Positions 15,518 to 25,574 of a DNA stretch of 64,000 nt are shown in pieces (the stretch's first letter is position 1; every line of letters starts with the position of its first letter). Origin of the DNA: Octopus sinensis (Eukaryota); the NCBI RefSeq assembly GCF_006345805.1, contig NC_043007.1, forward strand, positions 27,714,001-27,778,000, in the 5' to 3' direction. The position numbers were made by a program, and so were the translations under genes. A model generated the notes under the pieces. That model had not been told where the DNA came from. It made no database searches and was given only the letters and a program-made list of their open reading frames with translations.

Positions 15518-16433
15518 GTGAAATAGAAAGATGAATAATCTTGTAGTAGATTAATCAAAAGTTTAACCGATACCTAGTAGCAAAATCACAGCAGTAAACA
15601 GCACGGTTGGAGGTACAACCATCTGGCGTTGCAACCGTGCGTTGGTGCGGATAATTGAAGTTAAAACATTATTGGTGAATTGAAGAAATGGCTGAAACGC
15701 AGATTGAACAGAAATCGTTTTTATTTCATTCTACACGTGTTTCGAAAGGCACAAATTACCAAAATCCGATTGAATAAGGGACCATATTGTGTCTTTCTCT
15801 TCAGGAAGAAAAAAGGAAATCCGCTGGAAAAACAAAAACAGAACAGAGGCTGAGCAAAAACAAATCGAACTATGCTCCTAAGAGCCCATGGCGAAACTGT
15901 TTATCAGTGTATGTTGAGAACCGGTGGCTGAAGAATTCAACGGGTCAGGCATCGGTCAATCATGTGGGTGAGGGTGTATAGATGTTCTTTGTGACCGAGC
16001 ATAAAGTTCTGACTATTTAAGGAATATTGGATGTTTTATAAGGGGCGAGCAAAAATCTACTTAGAGACGTGTGTGTGTGTATACTGTTCTATATATGTGT
16101 GTGTTGGCGTAGGGGTAGAAAACATTTTTTGTGTACGTGTGTGCGTTTGATCGTTCGGCTGTCAGTGGCTACTGCCGTGATAACCGTTGGGTGACAGAAA
16201 GAAAATATATATATATTATGTTTTATGTGTGTGTGTGTTCATCTAAGCCTGCCTTGTCAAGGAAACCCCCCGCTGTGAAAAAACCAAGCCCCGTTTGTCT
16301 CACAGGAGTAATTCCCCTTGCAGTGGTTAATCGTAGATATCTTAAAGGCTATTTCAGAATTTGTTACCAAGGGCTATGGGTGCCGGTATTATTTATAAAC
16401 GCTATTTAAAAGCCAGATAAGTGTAACGCCGCC
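15515..16433 (-). repeat. Left inverted repeat (inverted pseudo-LTR copy)
   Basis: Reverse complement of 18391-19307, differing only by a few 1-nt indels and substitutions. Includes the inverted last ~10 codons of the ORF (aaaagccagataagtgtaacgccgcc). Confidence 0.95.
15724..15812 (-). ncRNA. Type-I hammerhead ribozyme (copy in left inverted repeat)
   Basis: Reverse complement reads ttc-CUGAAGA-gaaagacacaa...ttgtgcctttc-GAAA-c-acgt-GUA-gaa. Confidence 0.75.
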
Positions 16434-16435
16434 TA

Positions 16436-18422
16436 GTGAAGTGGTTCTCTTCACTACTAGTGAAGTGGTTCTCTTCCATCCCCAATAAGAACCGTACTAG
16501 GTTCATTCAGTTTGATATCGCCAGCTTCTACCCCTCGATTAACCCTAGTGTGCTAAATAAGGCCCTCTGGCATGCTCACAACAAGGCTGGCCTCACCAGA
16601 GAAGAGATAGATATCATTTTAGTTGCCAGGAAATCGTTTATTAAGTTTGATAATAAGTTGTGGATCCGTAAAGATACTCCCAATGAATTTGATGTGCCTA
16701 TGGGTAGTTCGGATAGTGCGCAGATAGCCGATTTGGTCGGAATATATATTCTCTACGAATTGTCCGACCAATTCCCGGAGATCGCGGGCGGCCTGTATCG
16801 TGACGATTGTCTGTTTTACCTGCAAAACACCACGAACAGAATAGTGCAGAAAACTAAGAGCAGGTTAGCTAGGTTTTTTAATAGAATGGGCATGAGTATA
16901 GTTTTTGATAATGAACTCACCAAGGCTAATTTCCTAGACGTTACACTTAACCTTAATAGCGACTCATACTGCCCTTACCATAAGCCTTCCACTAATTTGA
17001 AGTATGTCAGTGTCTTCTCAAATCATGCCAAAACCGTAACAGACAATTTGGTTAAAAACATCTCTCTAAGATTGTCTGGCTTGTCCGCCAGTGCCGATAT
17101 TTTTATGCAGAAAGCGGAATTTTATAACGCCGCACTATCCAAGGCCGGTTATAGGCAGAAGGTAATTTATATTGATCCGGCCCTTCCGATGCCATCATTC
17201 GTCATCAGGATAGGGCCGTATATAATAACATTAACATTTTAGTAAGGACGGGAGCGCGGCGGATGCCGGGGTAGTCGCTCCCGCTTTTAATTTAGCGAAC
17301 AGGATAATTATCGGTCCGGGAGGTCTTACACTAACCCAAGACCCGTTATTCATCCGAGAATCACCCACCCGAATGCGAGAGCTGGCGTCCCGACCCATCA
17401 CACTGATAGGAATAAGCATATATGGTTTGTAATCCCCTTTGGTAAGCAGATTAGAACTAACCTCCCCTCATGTTTAGACAAGCCATCGCCAATAACTTCC
17501 CCAGAAGTTCCAAATATTACTCCACGGTTAACTCGCATAAAGTTAGGATAGCTTTCTCCAACACTAAAAACCTCGCCCAGAAATCGCCTCCCATAATAAT
17601 AGGCTACTTACTAAGACCCTATCAACCTTTTCCGGAGGCACAGCCTCTTCCGCTCCCGGTTTAATGCTCAGTAGGAATAATTATAGTAGTAATAATGATA
17701 TGAGAGCCAGTACAGTGACACATAATCTCAGCTCCAGCCAGGGAGTACCCACTAGGGGTATAGTTATAAATAGGGGTGTTGTGGTTGACGGTAACAATGG
17801 GAGTAGGGTAGAGAGCCCCAATAGCATCCCCATCATCATTTCCCGCAATAGCAGCACCACGGGCAGTAGCAATGACAGCACTCTGATAGATAGTGGAAGA
17901 ATCAGGGGTTATTCTATAGTTAATAGTGACGTAGTGGAAAATAGAGTAGTAAGCGGCTGCAGGTCTCGGAACGAATATAGTGACAGGAACGCAGTTCTAA
18001 TTTCAGAAACTAATCCTAGCAGATTAAGATTCACGTCGGCGAACTCCAAGATCAAAAACGCCGTCTACCAATGCAAGGTTTACACGAACTCAGATGTCTT
18101 CACTTATGTAGGGGCATCATCCTCAAGATTGTCTTTGCGTGTCTCCAACCATTACGCAACTTTTCGGGACGTGAACAAGCGCCAGACCACGGGACTCAGT
18201 AAGCTAATACGGCGACTGAAGGATACGAACTTAAGCTATAGGCTGGAAGGGTCAATTTTGTCGGTGGCCCTCCCATTTGATAGGGGCAGAAGACAGTGCA
18301 ACCTTTGTGTCTCCGAACTCTTCCATATTTTGTTTGCCAGAGGCCGGATGGTAAACGGGCTCTTACAGTCGGCTTTTCGATGCCCCCATTGGCGGCGTTA
18401 CACTTCTCTGGCTTTTAAATAG
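16436..18422 (+). pseudogene. PLE reverse transcriptase plus GIY-YIG endonuclease polyprotein (5'-truncated, several 1-nt frameshifts)
   Basis: RT motifs FIQFDIASFYPSI, PMGSSDSAQIADLVGIYIL, GLYRDDC, NFLDVTLNL, PYHKP..YVSVFSNH. Linker KHIWFVIPF...KVRIAFSNTKNL. Endonuclease AVYQCKV..TYVGAS..R..NH...CNLCVSE...N...CPH, with the catalytic Y/R/E/N positions retained. Confidence 0.93.
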
Positions 18423-19304
18423 GGTTTATAAATAATACCGGCACCCATAGCCCTTGGTAACAAATTCTGAAATAGCCTTTAAGATATCTACGATTAACCA
18501 CTGCAAGGGGAATTACTCCTGTGAGACAAACGGGGCTTGGTTTTTTCACAGCGGGGGGGTTTCCTTGACAAGGCAGGCTTAGATGAACACACACACACAT
18601 AAACATATATATATAATATTTTCTTTCTGTCACCCAACGGTTATCACGGCAGTAGCCACTGACAGCCGAACGATCAAACGCACACACGTACACAAAAAAT
18701 GTTTTCTACCCCCTACGCAACACACACATATATAAACAGTATACACACACACACGTCTCTAAGTAGATTTTTGCTCGCCCCTTATAAAACATCCAATATT
18801 CCTTAAATAGTCAGAACTTTATGCTCGGTCACAAAGAACATCTATACACCCTCACCCACATGATTGACCGATGCCTGACCCGTTGAATTCTTCAGCCACC
18901 GGTTCTCAACATACACTGATAACAGTTTCGCCATGGGCTCTTAGGAGCATAGTTCGATTTGTTTTTGCTCAGCCTCTGTTCTGTTTTTGTTTTCCAGCGG
19001 ATTTCCTTTTTCTTCCTGAAGAGAAAGACACAATATGGTCCCATTATTCAATCGGATTTTGGTAATTTGTGCCTTTCGAAACACGTGTAGAATGAAATAA
19101 AACGATTTCTGTTCAATCTGCGTTCAGCTCCATTTCTTCAATTCACCAATAATGTTTTAACTTCAATTATCCGCACCAACGCACGGTTGCAACGCCAGAT
19201 GGTTGTACCTCCAACCGTGCTGTTTACTGCTGTGATTTTTGCTACTAAGGTATCGGTTAACTTTTGATTAATCTACTACAAGATTATTCATCTTTCTATT
19301 TCAC

Positions 19305-19307
<3 letters not shown>
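18391..19307 (+). repeat. 3' pseudo-LTR / right inverted repeat of the PLE
   Basis: Starts inside the ORF end (ggcggcgttacac) and ends tttcacatt before (TA)n; near-identical reverse complement of 15515-16433. Confidence 0.95.
19008..19097 (+). ncRNA. Type-I hammerhead ribozyme in the PLE pseudo-LTR (sense strand)
   Basis: CUGAAGA 19016-19022; stem II gaaagacacaa (19023-33)/ttgtgcctttc (19067-77), 10 of 11 pairs; GAAA 19078-81; palindromic acacgtgt; predicted cleavage after GUA (19089); stem I ttc/gaa, extendable through one mismatch. Confidence 0.8.
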
Positions 19308-19389
<82 letters not shown>

Positions 19390-20307
19390 ATACATATACA
19401 TATATATATACACTCATGTATACGCAGAAACATAATTGCTTATTCAGCCACACATGTGTACGCTGTACACACATATATATTCTGTATGCGCATGTGTGTG
19501 TGTGAAGAGTAACTGTTTACATTATCTGCCCTTCACAATGTTGCTCTGTCTTTCTCTGACCCTCACAGATGCATAATCATGAGTACACGCATTATTATTA
19601 TCCAAATCCGTCTCCAGTAGTTTCGAATTTCATACTTAGCTTTAGGTCACGTGTGCTAGTCACATGACCATTTTTGTACGCCGCAAAAAATCACAATATT
19701 GTGAGTACATCACATGTACATATTGTTGCTGTCGCCAGCCAATAATAAGACAGCTGTCTTCACTATTTTCGTGCGTGTCTGTATAATTTTAGAATGTCAT
19801 CATAGATCATAAAATTTCGCATTCTTGACATTTTACACACCAGAGTTTGGCACGTATGTTCCTTGCTGCAAGTTCCGTGACAAACATATATCAAATACTG
19901 GATCATTCTGTATCTACGGTGGTTTATTGCACGTCAAGTTTACAGAAGAATTTTCTTTCCCTCAATAATTTTGCTGACAATGCTCCGCGTGTTTCTCGCA
20001 AGAATATTGCACGCATATATACTCCCAAATTGCTATCATTAGGACCTTTCAATCGAATTAGAATTTTTTACCTGAGACTCCGAAGCCACTTTGTTTCCTG
20101 GTTACAACATTGTCTTACAATCTTCCTCACTAATTGCCATATACGGTTGCAACGCCAGATGGTTGTACCTCCAACCGTGCTGTTTACTGCTGTGATTTTT
20201 GCTACTAAGGTATCGGTTAAACTTTTGATTAATCTACTACAAGATTATTCATCTTTCTATTTCACATTATATATATATATATATTATATTATATATATAT
20301 ATTATAT

Positions 20308-20357
<50 letters not shown>

Positions 20358-21107
20358 ATACACTATACATATATATATACACTCATGTATACGCAGAACA
20401 TAATTGCTTATTCAGCCACACATGTGTACGCTGTACACACATATATATTCTGTATGCGCATGTGTGGTGAAGAGTAACTGTTTACATTATCTGCCCTTCA
20501 CAATGTTGCTCTGTCTTTCTCTGACCCTCACAGATGCATAATCATGAGTACACGCATTATTATTATCCAAATCCGTCTCCAGTAGTTTCGAATTTCATAC
20601 TTAGCTTTAGGTCACGTGTGCTAGTCACATGACCATTTTTGTACGCCGCAAAAAATCACAATATTGTGAGTACATCACATGTACATATTGTTGCTGTCGC
20701 CAGCCAATAAGACAGCCTGTCTTCACTATTTTCGTCGTGGTCTGTATAAATTTTAGAATGTCATCATAGATCATAAAATTTCGCATTCTTGACATTTTAC
20801 ACACCAGAGTTTGGCACGTATGTTCCTTGCTGCAGAGTTCCGTGACAAATATATATCAAATACTGGATCATTCTGTATCTACGGTGGTTTATTGCACGTC
20901 AAGTTTACAGAAGAATTTTCTTTCCCTCAATAATTTTGCTGACAATGCTCCGCGTGTTTCTCGCAAGAATATTGCACGCATATATACTCCCAAATTGCTA
21001 TCATTAGGACCTTTCAATCGAATTAGAATTTTTTACCTGAGACTCCGAAGCCACTTTGTTTCCTGGTTACAACATTGTCTTACAATCTTCCTCACTAATT
21101 GCCATAT
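19183..21107 (+). repeat. ~960-bp tandem duplication (19183-20142 / 20143-21107)
   Basis: The unit starts acggttgcaacgccagat and ends taattgccatat in both copies; near-identical. Confidence 0.93.
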
Positions 21108-21725
21108 AAAATAAATATTTTATTGTGATATTTGGATATATTTTTGTATACGTTGCGGCAATCCATTGAACATGTGCGCCTTAGCTGCCGTCATCCAGAT
21201 ATGAAAGTCAGGCAACAAAAATATACTGAATACTAGAAATATTTAGGTTAATCACCTACCTACTTTCATCTTTAAATAATCATCACTAAAGTGGCCCCTC
21301 TCTACCTAAAATCGAAATAAATGGTTCTCTTCGCGAGAACTTATAAACGCATAGAAGCAAATACACATTTTCATACGACACACACATATATGTGTGTGTC
21401 GCATATTTCAGTACGTCTGCTTCATTATAACCCAAAGACAAAAGTCCCTTTTAAACTCTCTATTCTTCTATTCTTTTACTTGTTTTACTCATATGGCTGC
21501 GACCATAATGAGCACCACGGTCAAGGATTTTAGTCGAACAATTCGACCCTACGACTTATTTTTTTAAGTCCATTTCTTATTCTATCGGTTTGTTTTGACC
21601 AACCGCTTGATTAAGGGGACGTACATACACCGGCACCAGTAGTCAGCTTGTGATAGGGGAAACAAATATACAAATACACACACACAGCCGTACACATACA
21701 CACACATATATATACACTTATTTTG

Positions 21726-21763
<38 letters not shown>

Positions 21764-21988
21764 CAAAATAAGTAACAAATGATTGTTCAATTAAATAAAG
21801 TTGCTTGGAACGATCGTACTGGATTACCTCTGTATATCCTTGTTGCTTATTTGGATTTTAATAACATTATTTAGAAATCGTATGGATAATATCATACTAA
21901 ATTCTGTTGCCTCAACTTAAGTACCATATTCATCTGAATCTAAAGTTTAGCACATACCCACATACACACACATACATACATATAAATA

Positions 21989-22076
<88 letters not shown>

Positions 22077-22077
<1 letters not shown>

Positions 22078-22242
22078 GATGGGCTACTTTCGGTTTCCGT
22101 CTACCAAATCCACTCACAAGGCCTTGACACTGGCCGAGGCTATAGTAGAAAACACTTGCCTAAGGTGCGGCGCAGTAGGACTGAACCCAGAACAATGTGG
22201 TTGGTAACCAAAGTTTTTACCACACATCCACCCCCTGCGCCT
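22077..22242 (-). mobile_element. tRNA-derived SINE head (ggcgcagg..gtgtggtaa family)
   Basis: Reverse strand ..gttctgggttcagtcctactgcgccgcaccttaggcaagtgttttctactatagcc..tttggtagacggaaac; homologous to 38730 and 40105. Confidence 0.85.
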
Positions 22243-23362
22243 ATAGACACATTTCGAACGCAGGACATGTGTGGCTGTAACCGAAAACTTCAAAACCTTT
22301 CTTCAACTATGGCTATTGTTACTTTCGCTTGATTTACCTCATTATCATGATAAATTTTAAATCTATAAATGCTAAATTCTACATTATTTACACCCGCAAT
22401 TTACATCACCAATTAGCGATTAAATTAGCGCGTAATTATTTTTCTGTCTTCAAACAATTTCCATTTTCATTCGACAAACTAAACGCTAATAAAATTTGGT
22501 TTTATGCGTTCAGATCCTAATTATTGTAAATGCCATAATATTCCACATAACGGCACATTATCGCAGATACGTTATCATTGAACATAATACATCTCAGCGA
22601 CACGGCATTTCCCTGAAGTACCAATTATTAAATCACTCCTGAACTGCTATTCATATTCTCAGAATAAAACGCATGACATACAATCGAAATCAACTTTTAG
22701 GTCTAAATGAAATCCTGTAAATCGAGATTTATTTACGAATCGAGATTACCCTATTAATCTCTTGCTCTCTTTTCTTCATTATAATATATACAGCTGTCAT
22801 CATAATGTGTCTTATTTCTATGTCTTCTACCACTGCTGTTATGACCATCCACATATGAACTCTACAGGCTGGGAAAACTCATCGACATTAATATCTATAT
22901 AAATATATATATTCATACAGCATACATACAATTTAATGCACATACATACACCCACAGACACTCACAAGCACACACAGCCACACGTATTCATATTTTTACA
23001 TATTCATACTTGGATGTGTATAATTGTATGTATATGTGTGTGTTTGCGTTTCTGTGCGTTAATATAAGCTTGCCATGTCATTATTTAAGGACTGGCCTTC
23101 TATTCAACCAAGGTGACCATTTATGATTGTAGAGGATAACAAAGTTTAAGTTCATGAATATTACAATGGCATATTATTGGAGGTATCAAGGAATGTAAGA
23201 AATATGACGTGAGAAATAACGGACAGAGTCAAGACTATTGAAAAGGTTGCAAGACTCAACGAAAATCTTAGGAAATTAGAAATAACGAACAAGTGGAAAT
23301 TTTACCGGTAAGTGTGTTAAATAATAAGGCACAAAAAGAAAATGACTGTCCCCAGACACAAG

Positions 23363-23428
<66 letters not shown>

Positions 23429-24299
23429 AACGAATTAAATGGAGAGATACAATTGACATTCCAATAATTTAGGTATATTATAATATAACATAGGCACACA
23501 CACACACACATGCACACACACATACACACACGCACTCACCCACACACATGTGTACAAACAAACAAAAATGAATGCAGTGCAAATTACGGACAGAGTCAAA
23601 ACTATTGAAAAGGTTGCAAGACGCAACGACAATTTTAGGGAAATAAAAATAAGAAATAAGTGGAAATTTCCCCGGTGAGGCACAAAAATGAAATTGACTC
23701 TCCCCAGACACAACAGAATGAGAAATAAAATATGGGACATTACTTAGAGAACGGGGAATTGATTGCGGAAGGCAAATATGATAATTGTTGCAATAGCAAC
23801 CGGTGCATTTGGCAGAGCACACTGCAGCCTAGGACGTTAGAATTGAAACATGCGTTCTCGATCTGCAGGAGAGTACCATACTCTATTTTACACAAATCTA
23901 CTTACCACACAGCTACTCCAGCGCCTGTTTTTTTGTTTCCTATTATTAGCTTTTCTTGTATAATACTTGTCTATCTCATATAAATCGAATTTTATTTTAC
24001 AGTCTTTATCCGAGACATCATTTATTCGAACAGCATTGCCTCAAATGTTTGATAGCATCACGACTGGAATTTTATTGTATTTAAGTTTAGCGATTCAAAG
24101 TCTACAGGCTCTATGCAGCAAATTAAAGAATTTCATTCTAACTTTTGTAGTCACCAAACTAAGTTGGATCATTACTTCTAGGTTACACTTCCACATTATT
24201 TACAATACGTTATTTCAAACATCCCAGGCCTGTGGCATAAATGTGGTCAGTTTTACCAATGAATAGTATAGACAAATTTCATATGTTGAATATATATCT

Positions 24300-24723
24300 T
24301 ATTTCTTTATTGCCTACAAAGGGCTAGACATAGTAGGGGACAAACAAGGGCAGACAAACGGATTAAGTCGAATACATCGACCCCACTGCGTAACTGGTAC
24401 TTAATCTATCGACCTCTAAAGGATGAAAGGCAAAGTCGACCTCAGCGGAATTTGAACTCAGTACGAAACAGCATACGAAATACCTATTTCTTTACTACCC
24501 ACGAGGGGCTAAACACAGAGAGGACAAACAAGGACAGACAAACGGATTAAGTCGATTACATCGACCCCAGTGCGTAACTGGTACTTAATTTATCGATCCA
24601 GAATGGATGAAAATCAGAGACGACCTCGGCTCAATTTAAACTCAGAACGTAACGGCAACGGCAGACGAAATACCGGTAAGCCTTTTGCCCGGCGTGCTAA
24701 CCTTTCTGCCAACTCGCCGCCTT
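24300..24723 (-). mobile_element. Dimer of the dominant tRNA-derived SINE with 16-bp TSD
   Basis: Two units joined at gaaatac|ctatttc (24477-24490); flanked by tgttgaatatatatct at 24284-24299 and 24724-24739. Confidence 0.9.
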
Positions 24724-25527
24724 TGTTGAATATATATCTAGCAACATAGTCTGAAGAATATAATATTACTTGCTGTATATATTTCTTTTAAATAGACGGT
24801 AGCAGAAAGACACAAAATAACGTTTCAAATATCGCATGTATAAGAATTTTCTTAGTAGGGTCAACGAACTTGAGGTAAATAAAAAAATATTTGTTTGCGA
24901 GAAACTTATATCGAAATATATTCTACCATTTATATGTGTAAGTATTCATATTTGTATTTGTAGATATAGAATTTTGCATGATTCTCTGAGATTCTATCGG
25001 TGCAGATCTTAATATGATATTCTACAGATACACAAACCAATATGCAAAACTCAGAAAAAAATTATATTTTATATACAAATACACACACGGGCACACACAT
25101 GTGTACACACAAACATAAAAACACACACACGCATAAACATACACACATAAACACACACGCACACACACACACACACATATATATATGTATATATAAATAC
25201 CACTTAAGCGTGCGCACACAACTGCACACATGCTTGCACTCACAAAGATATATAGTTTTATAAACTTAATATATCGGTGCTATGAAGTAAAACCCAAGAT
25301 ATAAATGGCTATAAGCTGTTTCTACTCGGTAACGCAGCGGTAGACTATCGGAGGATTTTTATGTTTAAAACTTTATAGTAATTTCCATATTCCTGCAGTG
25401 CCATGGAAAAATTTTTGCAAGGTACCCATATCGTTTTGCATTGCAACATTTATATACTTACATTACCCATAATGTATCGCTCACTTTCTCTGTCTGTATG
25501 TCTGTCTGTCTGTCTCGTTCTGTATAT

Positions 25528-25570
<43 letters not shown>

Positions 25571-25574
25571 TTTC

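Larger units (their letters stand above)
15515..19307 (+). mobile_element. Penelope-like retroelement, 5'-truncated, with inverted pseudo-LTRs
   Basis: RT plus GIY-YIG coding region between ~0.92-kb inverted repeats, each carrying a hammerhead motif; both outer ends abut (TA)n. Confidence 0.93.

Noticed and set aside
15885-15945. GAAAC...CUGAAGA on the antisense strand of the pseudo-LTR (possible type-II hammerhead)
   Set aside because: Stem III is followed by UG rather than UH, and stems I and II do not pair.
16131-16409. 92-aa ORF and its mirror at 18415-18693
   Set aside because: Antisense reading of the pseudo-LTR with CA/TA tracts; duplicated only because of the inverted repeat.
17170-17212. 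CUGAUGA...GAAG on the minus strand inside the PLE ORF
   Set aside because: Core mismatch and no stem I or III; probably chance.
18855-18925. Possible SECIS (AUGA...UGAU) in the pseudo-LTR, given that some PLEs encode selenoproteins
   Set aside because: Helix geometry does not fit and there is no in-frame UGA at a conserved position in the ORF.
19847-20470. 207-aa ORF
   Set aside because: Crosses the duplication junction and a (TA)n tract; no recognisable domain.
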